Origin: a virus
Length of the DNA: 64,000 bases
Reading direction: 5' to 3' (one strand)
IMG/VR virus record: IMGVR_UViG_3300025120_014916
Span: 72,410 to 136,409 of that record
The first letter of the stretch is position 1; each line of letters opens with the position of its first letter. Below, in pieces: positions 10,109 through 19,474 of the stretch. The translations under genes and the position numbers were made by a program. The notes beneath the pieces were generated by a model. That model was not told the origin of the DNA and made no database searches. It saw only the letters and a list, made by a program, of their open reading frames with translations.

Positions 10109-11955
10109 TAGTTAATCCTTCCAATTATGTCATCATTGGGATGTCTAAACTCAAATATTCCGCCTCGCGGCGGGAAAAGCATGCCTCTGTCTAGATTTCT
10201 TGCGGGGCTATAAGTTTCAGGTGAGTATTGCCTATTTTCAAAAGTTCCGAACCTGTTTAAAAATCTTAAGCTTCCTATTGACAATACGCCTCGCGTATTT
10301 AAAATCATGTTTTCTATATCACCTGTTATGATCGGTTGATCGATTTGAAAATTTTCAATTTTAAAATAGCTTTTAAGGCTACTATTAATTGACTGAATTA
10401 CTACTTCTGGATTTGATTTAACATCAATGTTTACAGAATATTTTAACGAAAGATTAATTACTTGTGCGTCTAATACATCAACAGCATCTGATATTAGTCT
10501 ATACTGACTTAAGTAAAGTCCTAGATTTTCTTTTAACACATCCGGAGATAGGATTAATTTTCCAGAACTATCTCTTGAAATAATGTGCAGCTGCGCGGAA
10601 AGAGGATTTGACGGATTATCTCTAACAGATACTCTAAAAACTCTTCCAAAGTTAGAAGGCATACTGTAAACTCTTGCAATTAAGTCTTCTCTAGTAACAA
10701 CACGTCCTTGTGACGTCTTTGCAAAAAGTGCTGTCGTTCTTAATTCTTCCAGAGAAGGTTCGTTTTCACCGCCGGCTGCCGGCAGTCTGTTAGTAACAGA
10801 CAGTGTGCTTCTAATTTCTGAAACTTGACTACTAGGTACGCTTGAATTAAATTTTGTCAATAATTTTTTAACGCCTTGTATTTCTCCAGCAGAAACATTA
10901 TTGTCTAATCCGCCGCCATGGCGGTAAACTATTGTCAAGACAGTATTTTTAGGGCTAACGCCTAGTGTACTTGTTCCTAATAGAGCATTTGGATCAATTG
11001 CTATTTTTGAAAACGTTTTTCTATCACCAAATAATTTGATTGCATGATCTGATGGATCTGGTATAATGTCTTCATCAAATTTTTCTTCATTACCTGAACC
11101 AAACCTAAGAGTTGTCACCCCGGATGTCCTGGATCTAAACTTTATAAATCTTTTAGGCGCAGGAATTACGCGTATTCTTTGTTGAACTAGTTCTGGATTG
11201 TTTCTTGTATTTTCCATTCTTTCGTATACAGTATCTTGGGTTAGAGACTCAACTTCATAATAGTCATCTTCTGAGGCATCTTTGACAGAAATAATTTCAG
11301 TAACATTTGTTTTTTCTAAATTAACTTTTCTAAATGGCACAAAAGTATCAGGTATTGACAATTGCTGTGTGTATGTTTTCGCACTCGTGCAAACACCAGG
11401 TAGTGTCATAGTTACTTCTGTAACTTCATTCTGACTGTTTGTGGTAAATATTTCAATGTCTGCAACATAATTTCCTAACTCATCTTTTTTTGCAAAGTCA
11501 ATTGTATCTAAAAGCGTAAATGTTGTTCCGCCCTGACTAGTAAACATTGATTCGTTTAAGACTTTTGGTATAAAGATAGAATCAGGAATGTAATCAGCGC
11601 CTGACAGTTTTGCTGGGACTTTTATTCTTACTAATAATTCTACAATTGAAGGTGATGGACCGGATATTTCTATTCCTGTCTGTCTTATATGCTGTTCAAT
11701 ATTTGCTTGTTCAACAGCAGTTTCTAGGGATAGTTCATTAAATTGATGATCCATATAAAATGACATACTATCACCAACATAAGCTGCTATGTCTATGAGC
11801 ATTCCTGCAAGAGATCCTTCTGAAAGATCGACAATTTTATCACCGTAGTGTTGTCTAGAGAAAGATTCTAATTGACTTCTAAAAGATTGAAAGTCTTTTT
11901 GAAGATATGAAACCTCTTTGTGTTTTTTTACTTCTTTTTTAATATTTCTTGCCAT
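10108..11955 (-). CDS. Baseplate wedge subunit (T4 gp6 / baseplate J-like)
   Basis: YLQKDFQSFRSQL..., GMLIDIAAYVGDSMSFYMDHQFNE, LRFGSG, GGENEPSLEELR, RVVTREDL motifs. Confidence 0.85.
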   Translation of the reverse strand: MARNIKKEVKKHKEVSYLQKDFQSFRSQLESFSRQHYGDKIVDLSEGSLAGMLIDIAAYVGDSMSFYMDHQFNELSLETAVEQANIEQHIRQTGIEISGPSPSIVELLVRIKVPAKLSGADYIPDSIFIPKVLNESMFTSQGGTTFTLLDTIDFAKKDELGNYVADIEIFTTNSQNEVTEVTMTLPGVCTSAKTYTQQLSIPDTFVPFRKVNLEKTNVTEIISVKDASEDDYYEVESLTQDTVYERMENTRNNPELVQQRIRVIPAPKRFIKFRSRTSGVTTLRFGSGNEEKFDEDIIPDPSDHAIKLFGDRKTFSKIAIDPNALLGTSTLGVSPKNTVLTIVYRHGGGLDNNVSAGEIQGVKKLLTKFNSSVPSSQVSEIRSTLSVTNRLPAAGGENEPSLEELRTTALFAKTSQGRVVTREDLIARVYSMPSNFGRVFRVSVRDNPSNPLSAQLHIISRDSSGKLILSPDVLKENLGLYLSQYRLISDAVDVLDAQVINLSLKYSVNIDVKSNPEVVIQSINSSLKSYFKIENFQIDQPIITGDIENMILNTRGVLSIGSLRFLNRFGTFENRQYSPETYSPARNLDRGMLFPPRGGIFEFRHPNDDIIGRIN

Positions 11956-11971
11956 ATAAGCCCTCTTTGAT

Positions 11972-12520
11972 TTATCCTGCGACAGTAAGTGTTACTTCTA
12001 TAGCTTGATTTACTGTTTGTAACCTAGGTATGTTATACTTTACAAAAACAACAATTCCAAATAATCCGGCTGAGTTTCCTGCATGCTGATAGTCGTTATA
12101 AGTATTTGTTGATTTAACATCTTTGCTATTCGAATCTAGCCCTAATGAATTTATTTCGATATTTGTAATTTCTACAATTGGTATGTATTTGTTTGCTGTG
12201 ACAGTGATTCTTCTAATCACTTCGGATTCAATCGACTCTAGGCTAGACGCATCGTATAACAAACCTTTAAGATTTGCACCTAGACCGGCATTACATAGAC
12301 GTTCTCCGAAATTTGTAAGCAAAAGATTTCTAAAATTGTCTTTAATCTGTGCTGCAGCATCAAAGTGCATTTTGTACATATCTTCGCCTGTTACCCCTTT
12401 GCCGAACTCTAGAGGGGTTTTTATTCCGATCGGTGGGTTAATGACAACGATGTTTTCTGTTAGTTCCCTAGCAGTTACTAACTTTCCTGAACTTTTAAAA
12501 CTAAATTTCTTTCTGGCCAT
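11972..12520 (-). CDS. Baseplate wedge / sheath-initiator protein (T4 gp25 / GPW-like)
   Basis: QIKDNFRNLLLTNFGERL...LGANLKGLLYD...YIPIVEITNI motif; adjacent to the gp6-like gene. Confidence 0.85.
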   Translation of the reverse strand: MARKKFSFKSSGKLVTARELTENIVVINPPIGIKTPLEFGKGVTGEDMYKMHFDAAAQIKDNFRNLLLTNFGERLCNAGLGANLKGLLYDASSLESIESEVIRRITVTANKYIPIVEITNIEINSLGLDSNSKDVKSTNTYNDYQHAGNSAGLFGIVVFVKYNIPRLQTVNQAIEVTLTVAG

Positions 12521-12593
12521 GACATTCCTTGTTATACATTAGATATATATTCTTTTGTTTAAATTTGTTGTCATGTTAATTTAAAAGTTTATT

Positions 12594-14273
12594 TTATTCG
12601 CCAAAGATTTTTTCTGACTTGATATTAATATCAATAACATTAATAGCTTCTTCCTGAATGTTGTCTTGTGTAATGTTATTGCCTGCTGCTTCTAATGAAA
12701 TTGAACTCGGTATTGGCGGTGTTGCCGGTGAGGTTTCATTACCCTCTTCATCAAATACAGCTGAAGTTGCAGGAATTTCAAAAGATTCAGATTGTTGCGC
12801 TGATGCGCCGCTGTCTCTTAAATCTCTAGCAGCATTTAACGCTTCAACAATAGGGCTTAAAATCGGAGCTATAGGAGGAACTTTTGCTAATGCCTGAAGG
12901 AGTGTATCTAAAATAAAATTTGCATATGCAGCATCGCCTGACAGCTTTTTAAGTAGCGGCGCTAATTCGCTATGCAAAATATAGGGCTCAGTTGGCGATT
13001 CATTATCTTCTCTAACTGCTAGTTCTATTTTTGTTTTACCCTGTAATCTTACTTTACCTTCTGAGTCCATGTCAAGAAAAGACTGTCCTAACCTATTAGT
13101 AAGTCTCAAAGATTCATCTGCGACTACCCTGTTATGGTCAGCATACGTTACAATACTAGAGCCTCCCAGTGTCGGTAAATCACTAATAGCTGAACCAAAT
13201 GTTTCATCAATCGCACAATTATTACTTAAATAAAGCCTAGCACCACAATTTGTTGCCTCAAAATCTGTTGACAAACCCGAGAAAAACTCTCTATTTTTAT
13301 CTAAAAGATTTCCTATTTTATCTATTTCATAATTTTCTAGTTCAGAATACAGCGAGCCTCTTTCTGCTTTTACTATTCTTACCTCGCCGGCTTGTGCTTT
13401 GTCTGTGGTTGTGTTTTTTAGTTGATCGAGTTCTAATTTTTTTCTGCCCACGCAGAGGTCGATGGCCGGCGAAAAAGGGTATCTACCTTCAATGTTGGGC
13501 TCCGTCAGCAAACCAGTAAAATCTTTTCTATTAAGTGTATTTGTTTTAAATTTTTCTGTTGTCAAGTGAACAAGCGAATTGTTTGAACCTAGTATTAGTG
13601 TATCTCCGCACTTTCTTCTGACAGGAGGCACGGGTTCTGCTGTAAATTCACGCTTATAAGAAAAAGAACTATCTGCCAACATGCTGGTACTAATATCTCT
13701 GGGTAGATTAGACTGGGATTTGTTGTCAAAGCTTGTATACGCAGATTCATCTATTTTCGATACAGATTCATCATCAAATAAATTTGTTTTTTCTTTTTTA
13801 TTGTTTGGATTGTTTTCATTTAATTTTGATTCTATTAAACTAAATCTTTCAGCATGGGTGTAGTTTAGATCATCAGTTTGTTTAATTCCTGTCTTTCTAG
13901 AAAGCCAATAATACACGTCCCGACCATGAAATTCTTCTTTTAGCAGCCAAACGTGCTCACCTACTTTTATAGGTAAAGACATGTGAGGAAAAAAGGGATA
14001 GCATATAACAGGCAGGCCGCTGATATCAACGAGATATGCGATCAAACAATTCTTTGTCATTATTTCATAGTCGCCGCCATTTGAAACTCGAGGAAGTTTT
14101 CCTTTTCTTACTTTAAGATAAACATCTGGCTCGCCAATGAACTCCTTAACGATTCCTGTTTGATAAAAATATCCTGTTCCAGACCCAAATAAATTTTTAC
14201 GATCTTCTGTTAGTCTGGTCGGATCTTTGTCACCAACATTCTTTTTTAAACTTGTTGCTAAATATTTTGTCAT
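12594..14273 (-). CDS. Putative baseplate hub/central spike protein (gp5/gpV-like, no lysozyme domain seen)
   Basis: OB-fold-type motif CYPFFPHMSLPIKVGEHVWL, GDTLILGSNNSLVHL, and position directly upstream of gp25/gp6. Confidence 0.5.
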   Translation of the reverse strand: MTKYLATSLKKNVGDKDPTRLTEDRKNLFGSGTGYFYQTGIVKEFIGEPDVYLKVRKGKLPRVSNGGDYEIMTKNCLIAYLVDISGLPVICYPFFPHMSLPIKVGEHVWLLKEEFHGRDVYYWLSRKTGIKQTDDLNYTHAERFSLIESKLNENNPNNKKEKTNLFDDESVSKIDESAYTSFDNKSQSNLPRDISTSMLADSSFSYKREFTAEPVPPVRRKCGDTLILGSNNSLVHLTTEKFKTNTLNRKDFTGLLTEPNIEGRYPFSPAIDLCVGRKKLELDQLKNTTTDKAQAGEVRIVKAERGSLYSELENYEIDKIGNLLDKNREFFSGLSTDFEATNCGARLYLSNNCAIDETFGSAISDLPTLGGSSIVTYADHNRVVADESLRLTNRLGQSFLDMDSEGKVRLQGKTKIELAVREDNESPTEPYILHSELAPLLKKLSGDAAYANFILDTLLQALAKVPPIAPILSPIVEALNAARDLRDSGASAQQSESFEIPATSAVFDEEGNETSPATPPIPSSISLEAAGNNITQDNIQEEAINVIDINIKSEKIFGE

Positions 14274-14275
14274 TT

Positions 14276-14641
14276 TTAATCCGATATTTTATTAAATATA
14301 TCATCATCAGATATCATGCTTGTATTTTCTTCTTCTTTTGCTATTAACTCAGCTAACTTAAGTATTTGGTCATTTGACTTGCTCATTCTTTCCAGATATT
14401 TGGTCATCAAAGTCCCGAACTGAATGTGATTTGTTGAATTGCCGTGAGTCTGCAAAACTAAATCTGTTAATAGAAGTCCTGCTGTTTCTCTATCGTCAAC
14501 AGCATTTTGGTATGATTCTTTCCACAAAAGCTTTTTTTTATCTTCAGTATTTTCCAAAGAATCTAAAAGATCTGAAAATTCTTTTATTTTTTCTTCTTTT
14601 TTGTCGTTAACATCGCTTATAATTTCTTTTGATTTCGTCAT
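14276..14641 (-). CDS. Hypothetical helical protein
   Basis: 121-aa ORF, 2-nt spacing to both neighbours. Confidence 0.65.
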   Translation of the reverse strand: MTKSKEIISDVNDKKEEKIKEFSDLLDSLENTEDKKKLLWKESYQNAVDDRETAGLLLTDLVLQTHGNSTNHIQFGTLMTKYLERMSKSNDQILKLAELIAKEEENTSMISDDDIFNKISD

Positions 14642-14643
14642 TG

Positions 14644-15399
14644 TTATCTCTTAAAAAGAACGTACTCATCATTGTTTTTTGCCAATTCTCTATACTGTTT
14701 TCTAATTCCTGACATTGCAACTGATAATTGTTTTGGGTTTAGCCCTGATATTTCTCTTAAATATACAAATACAGCTCGCTTGTTTAAAAAGTCTAAGTCT
14801 TCTATGCTATTAAAGAGTGTAATGATTGCATCTATGCAAAGTTTTTCATTTGAATTTGTAATTTTATCTTTTAGTTTTTCATTAACGATATGAATTGTTG
14901 CAATTTCTTCTTTTAGTATGAAACTATCTTCTGGTGAGGGGGATATCTGGTGTGACTCTATATACGACTTGTCTCTAAAGCTTAAGTTTTCATCATGTAT
15001 ACTAACATGCCTATTTCTATTTTTGACACGTTTTTTGCTTTGAATTATTAAAAAGTTTTTTGCACACACATTAAAATAAGAAAAAGCTTTAGAACCTTTC
15101 GCCGGATCAAATTTTTCCAGTATTTCAAATAAAAAGCTAACACAATCATTTTTTAGTTGTACAAAATGATTTTGACTGTATGAGAAGCCATGAATAAAAA
15201 TTAGATTTTCTGCTAACTTTTCAAATGAAGGCTTAATATCAGCAGTGTAGATTTTATTTTTTACATTCCTACAATCTGCATCTTGATAGCGAACAACAGC
15301 ATTGTGTGCGTCTTTTCCAAAATAAGGTCTTTTTTTAGTCTTTTTTTGATTTTTTGATTTTATATTACTTGACTTGACGGTCTTCTTCTTTAATTTCAC
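14644..15399 (-). CDS. Sigma-factor-like transcription protein (T4 gp55 / sigma region 2-like)
   Basis: PYFGKDAHNAVVRYQ and DCVSFLFEILEKFDPAKGSKAFSYFNVCAKNFLI resemble the sigma 2.2-2.4 FDP.KG..F.TY motif; heads the structural operon. Confidence 0.6.
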   Translation of the reverse strand: MKLKKKTVKSSNIKSKNQKKTKKRPYFGKDAHNAVVRYQDADCRNVKNKIYTADIKPSFEKLAENLIFIHGFSYSQNHFVQLKNDCVSFLFEILEKFDPAKGSKAFSYFNVCAKNFLIIQSKKRVKNRNRHVSIHDENLSFRDKSYIESHQISPSPEDSFILKEEIATIHIVNEKLKDKITNSNEKLCIDAIITLFNSIEDLDFLNKRAVFVYLREISGLNPKQLSVAMSGIRKQYRELAKNNDEYVLFKR

Positions 15400-15691
15400 T
15401 TTGCATCCCAGAATCAGAAGTTAGCTTATTAGCGATTTTTAAAATAGCAAAGTGACACTGTTTAATGTCGTTCATAACTTGTCTTACTTCAATAGAATCA
15501 AAAAAGACAGGTTTCTGAATGACTTCATTCATTTTGCCATAGTGATGGTTTAACAAGTCTAAGCTTTCTTCAATTGATTCTTCTACGTTAAGAATTATAA
15601 CTGAAAATGTATATAGCTTTTTTGCAGCAATACACAAGCATGCAAATAGAAGAATAATAATAGAGATATAAAAATATTCTGGTAAAAACAC
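15365..15691 (-). CDS. Hypothetical membrane-anchored protein
   Basis: N-terminal hydrophobic stretch YFYISIIILLFACLCIAA followed by a coiled-coil-like segment. Confidence 0.6.
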   Translation of the reverse strand: MFLPEYFYISIIILLFACLCIAAKKLYTFSVIILNVEESIEESLDLLNHHYGKMNEVIQKPVFFDSIEVRQVMNDIKQCHFAILKIANKLTSDSGMQSEIKEEDRQVK

Positions 15692-16866
15692 TACAGTACT
15701 TCCGCAAATAACTTATTATACTTTTTAATAATTGCATTTTTTGAAAAGTTCTTACAAATGTGTGTAGAAACTTCCAAAGCATTACTTTTATGGTATTCAT
15801 AATTATAATACACGTCATTTAACTTTGTAAAATAAGATTCTTTTGATGGTTCAGCCCACCTTGTATCTTTTACAAATATTCGATCATCTATTTTTTCCTT
15901 AGGTATGTCTACCATATTATAGTCTATAGGTAGAAATTTTTGACCTTTTAGAAATTGTAAGTGACCAGAATAGTTTGTCACGATTATCGGCAGGCCTGCA
16001 GCAGCAGCTTCTACTAGCGGTAATCCATATCCTTCTGCCCTAGTTAGGGATACATAACATTTTATATTTTTACTTCTATATAGCGCTGCAATCTCTTTTT
16101 TTGTCATATCACCATGCAAAAGATATATCTTTGGATAAATAGAATCTCCTTTTGCAGCTTTTGCTATCTGGCTAAAATATTCCTTTGTTTTCTTTCTATC
16201 AAAAGAAGAATTCTTACCTAAACATGTTTTTACAACAATACCTACATCTTTATTGTTTTTAAATTTTTCACACAAATGCGATATTGTATTGAATATATTT
16301 TTCCTATCTTGCTTAGGATCAGTATGAGTTAACATACCTACAGTTAAAAAATTAAAAGATGTGCTAAGATTTAGGTTTATTTCTTCTAGGGTATTGTCTT
16401 CAATTGTTTCATGAAACCACTCAGGAACAACGTCTATTTGCTTTAATAGGATTCCAGATCGCTTTAAAACGTTTTTTGTGAATACTGACGGGACAATTAT
16501 GCGATCCATTTTGTTGCAACATTCTAGCCATTCTTGATTACACTTGTCAGACTCTACAGCAGCTGTTATCCCTACGTTAAATTTACCTAATGCTGGATTC
16601 CATTCGTCGGGTAACTGAATTTGGAAAGTTATATCATACGGTGCAGATAAAGGTTTTGATCTTTGCATTATTTCTTTTATCAAACCTGATTCTTTTTCTT
16701 CACTTACAATCCAAGAACAGTTTCCCCAGTTTAGACACTCAACGTCTATTTCAAAATTTCTTTTTTTACTTTCAGCTAGCAGCCAACTAAAGACTTGCCT
16801 TGAATGGACTCCATATCCACTATTTGTTAATAGTGGAGCTCTTACTAAAACTTTTTTCATTTGCAC
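15691..16866 (-). CDS. Glycosyltransferase, GT4/GT-B
   Basis: NSGYGVHSRQ N-terminal loop; FLTVG..RKNI; YVSLTRAEGYGLPLVEAAAAGLPIIVTNYSG (EX7E). Confidence 0.9.
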   Translation of the reverse strand: MQMKKVLVRAPLLTNSGYGVHSRQVFSWLLAESKKRNFEIDVECLNWGNCSWIVSEEKESGLIKEIMQRSKPLSAPYDITFQIQLPDEWNPALGKFNVGITAAVESDKCNQEWLECCNKMDRIIVPSVFTKNVLKRSGILLKQIDVVPEWFHETIEDNTLEEINLNLSTSFNFLTVGMLTHTDPKQDRKNIFNTISHLCEKFKNNKDVGIVVKTCLGKNSSFDRKKTKEYFSQIAKAAKGDSIYPKIYLLHGDMTKKEIAALYRSKNIKCYVSLTRAEGYGLPLVEAAAAGLPIIVTNYSGHLQFLKGQKFLPIDYNMVDIPKEKIDDRIFVKDTRWAEPSKESYFTKLNDVYYNYEYHKSNALEVSTHICKNFSKNAIIKKYNKLFAEVL

Positions 16867-16879
16867 CTTGCCTTATTTG

Positions 16880-18145
16880 CTAATAGTCAAAAACTTGCCA
16901 AGAAGTCTTGCTTTTGTTTTCTTTAAAATTTTTAATTGCATCAAACATTGAATTGTCCCATAAGTCAACAACCTTTTGATGTGAAAATTCTGTTCTTGCG
17001 TAATTCAAAACCTTCTTTCTTAGCTTTTTGTATTCGTAAGGTTTTCTTTTCCACATTTTATAAAGTTTCATTATACCAAACGAAGTGTTTTTATTCGTAA
17101 CATAGTCTTCATATATATACGGTACATTTTGACTCCCAACTAGTGTTTTAAGGTCTATGTTAAGTGCTACGCCATTCTCCCTTCCCGTCTTATGATCAAT
17201 AACTTGCCTAGTTAGTCCGCCTGTTTTGGCTGCAATTATAGGTGATCCTGTCATCATCGCTTCAAGTGTTGATAGGCCAAATCCTTCAGCAAAAGATATA
17301 TTAATACAAAAGTCTGTTATATTATATAGTACATTTATTTTTTCAAATTCTAAGCGTTCTCTAGAGAAAAATACATTTTGCTGAATTCCTAATTCATTGG
17401 CAGTCGCAAACAGATTAGGACCTTCCGCGTCTGTTGGCTCAGTATGCATTATTAACGTTGCTTTTCTATGCCCTTCTCTCTTTTCTAACATGTCTAAAAA
17501 CAATTTCCATGATTCAAGTACATCATTTGGTCTTTTTCTTTTTGCATTCCTGTTAACCCATATACCTACAAAATGATCGGAACGGTCTACACCTAACAAG
17601 TTAATCTTGTGTTTTCTTTTTTCTTCATCTGGTAACGGAAAAAATAAATTTTCAGGCAATGCGTGAGGGATAAAATGTGTTTTTTCTGGGTAGTACTTTT
17701 TTAACATTGTATACGTCATATGAGAATGACAGTTTATAACATCTGTGCCTTCATAGTAAGGCTCGTTAAACTTTGGAAAAGGATAATTATCCCAGACATG
17801 CCACCATACTATTGGACATACCTGATGAACCTCATCTTCCATATCAAAGAGCCACGTAAAAAATCTAGGGTCTGTAAAGATAAACAAAAGGTCGGGTTTT
17901 TCTGTGGCTAGCGTAATTCTTAACAGCTCTGGTGTTCCAAACCCATCTATTGGCTTGATTATAAAATCATCGTTAACAACAACAGTGCGATAATCACTAT
18001 GTTTCATCGCAGCTCCAAATTGTCTAAAAGTCCACCTATTTTTCTTTATAAGCCCTTCAATAAGGTGTCTTGTTTGTGTTCCAACTCCGCTGGTAGAAAG
18101 TGCATGATCTGAAAGTACTAGTACCTTAAGTTTTTTATTGTTCAT
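16880..18145 (-). CDS. Glycosyltransferase, GT4/GT-B
   Basis: SDHALSTSGVG; VNRNAKRKR; AEGFGLSTLEAMMTGSPII. Confidence 0.9.
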   Translation of the reverse strand: MNNKKLKVLVLSDHALSTSGVGTQTRHLIEGLIKKNRWTFRQFGAAMKHSDYRTVVVNDDFIIKPIDGFGTPELLRITLATEKPDLLFIFTDPRFFTWLFDMEDEVHQVCPIVWWHVWDNYPFPKFNEPYYEGTDVINCHSHMTYTMLKKYYPEKTHFIPHALPENLFFPLPDEEKRKHKINLLGVDRSDHFVGIWVNRNAKRKRPNDVLESWKLFLDMLEKREGHRKATLIMHTEPTDAEGPNLFATANELGIQQNVFFSRERLEFEKINVLYNITDFCINISFAEGFGLSTLEAMMTGSPIIAAKTGGLTRQVIDHKTGRENGVALNIDLKTLVGSQNVPYIYEDYVTNKNTSFGIMKLYKMWKRKPYEYKKLRKKVLNYARTEFSHQKVVDLWDNSMFDAIKNFKENKSKTSWQVFDY

Positions 18146-18175
18146 AAGTTTAAAATCCTCTCCAAATATATACTA

Positions 18176-18203
18176 ATTTTATACTTCTGTCATTAAAAGT
18201 AAA
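18176..18203 (-). promoter_or_regulatory. Candidate sigma70-type promoter TTTACT-N16-TAAAAT
   Basis: Read on the minus strand upstream of the GGAGAGG RBS of the 18145 gene. Confidence 0.4.
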
Positions 18204-18237
18204 CTTTTTTATAGCAGAATTAGTATACAGGCTTAAC

Positions 18238-19080
18238 TTATTTACAGTGTTCTGTGTTTAAATAGGGACAAAATTTGCAACTATGCCTATTTTTTAAAAA
18301 CATTCCTTTTCTAACAGACTTAATCATGTTTCTCATTAGCTTGACACCCTTTGCGTGAGTTTTAGGTCCTACACCTACATTTACAATATCACAAAGCTTG
18401 CCTGGCTTAGCACCTCTCTTAAGTAAAATAAAAGCGCAACGTACGTCTTTCAAGGGAATGTTGTGTTTCTTTGACCAAAAATGCTTATATAGAATAAGTT
18501 GTGCTGTCATACCTAAATCTTGCTTTTTATCTCTTCGCCATCCGTATGCTCCGGCTGTCTTCCAATCAACGATCCAGTATTCGTGACCTTTGCCTCTTTT
18601 TTTAGGAACTTTAAAAACAGCATCAATAAAGCCTTTAAAAGAAAGATCTTTGTCTAAGTTTTCTATTTCTTCATATAGCTGTTCTTCAGCTTTAAAACAT
18701 TCCCAACCTGGAAGCTGTGTATCTAAAAAACCTAACACTTCATCCCACATATTATTTGCCCAACTTTCCCATTCTTCAACAGGTTGGTGTTTATACCAGC
18801 CGGGCTGCTTAGAATACCATGTTGGGTCCTCGAAACCAGCTTTCTGCCAACTTTCTTTCATGACACCTAGTATTTTATCACGGTCAACTTTTCCTGTCTC
18901 TATAAGCGTTTCACAGCCTTCGTGGACTGCAGTTCCAAAATGAAGATAGGGACTGTCTTGAAACATATCTATCTTGTCAATGTACGTTAACTTATGACGG
19001 TAGCTACATTCTTTCCATTGTTTTATTTCAGAAAAAGATATGTGTGGTTTTCCTGTCGGAAATAATTCCTGTGTACTCAT
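18238..19080 (-). CDS. PD-(D/E)XK nuclease, RecB/AddB/Cas4-like with a 4-Cys Fe-S staple
   Basis: HISFSEIKQWKECSY, FGTAVH, KGFIDAV, IVDWKT, QLILY, C-terminal CKFCPYLNTEHC. Confidence 0.85.
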   Translation of the reverse strand: MSTQELFPTGKPHISFSEIKQWKECSYRHKLTYIDKIDMFQDSPYLHFGTAVHEGCETLIETGKVDRDKILGVMKESWQKAGFEDPTWYSKQPGWYKHQPVEEWESWANNMWDEVLGFLDTQLPGWECFKAEEQLYEEIENLDKDLSFKGFIDAVFKVPKKRGKGHEYWIVDWKTAGAYGWRRDKKQDLGMTAQLILYKHFWSKKHNIPLKDVRCAFILLKRGAKPGKLCDIVNVGVGPKTHAKGVKLMRNMIKSVRKGMFLKNRHSCKFCPYLNTEHCK

Positions 19081-19161
19081 TTTTCACCATATTATTAGAG
19101 ATATATCAAAACTGTATCAGCTATGTTAAGATATACTAAGTTTACACAAAATATATTAGAT

Positions 19162-19474
19162 TTACACAACTAGTTCTGGGTCGTACAAAGTATACTTTGC
19201 AGTTAATTCTTCGTTGGGCTGTATGTCTTTTATTGTTACTAGAAATAAATAGTCATCATCCTTTAGTATTTTACAGTTTGGCTTATTTGGATTGTGATTA
19301 AAAAACCCGCCCAGTGGAGTTCTTATGTAATTATTTATTATTTTCAAAGAGCGGGTTAAAAATATGGGTTAATCCTAAATTTGTATTTTTTTTAATACTT
19401 GCTGTTGCAAACAGACCTAATCCGTGGACTTTCGATTCTTTGATTGTTAAAGACGCTGGCAAGGGTTTAAACAT
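19162..19474 (-). pseudogene. Small SET-domain lysine methyltransferase, frameshifted by a 7-bp tandem duplication
   Basis: ATG at 19474 gives MFKPLPASLTIKESKVHGLGLFAT...FENNK*. The other frame continues NYIRTPLGGFFNHNPNKPNC...EELTAKY. ATTATTT occurs twice at 19330-19343, and removing one copy gives a 101-aa intact SET ORF. Confidence 0.85.

Noticed and set aside
12530-12540. 11-mer AATGTATAACA shared with 50125-50135 upstream of prkA
   Set aside because: Only two copies, found post hoc, and explainable as similar -10-like boxes in AT-rich DNA.
18238-19080. Possible CRISPR-Cas locus
   Set aside because: Only a Cas4-like nuclease is present; I saw no repeat-spacer array or other cas gene in the window.
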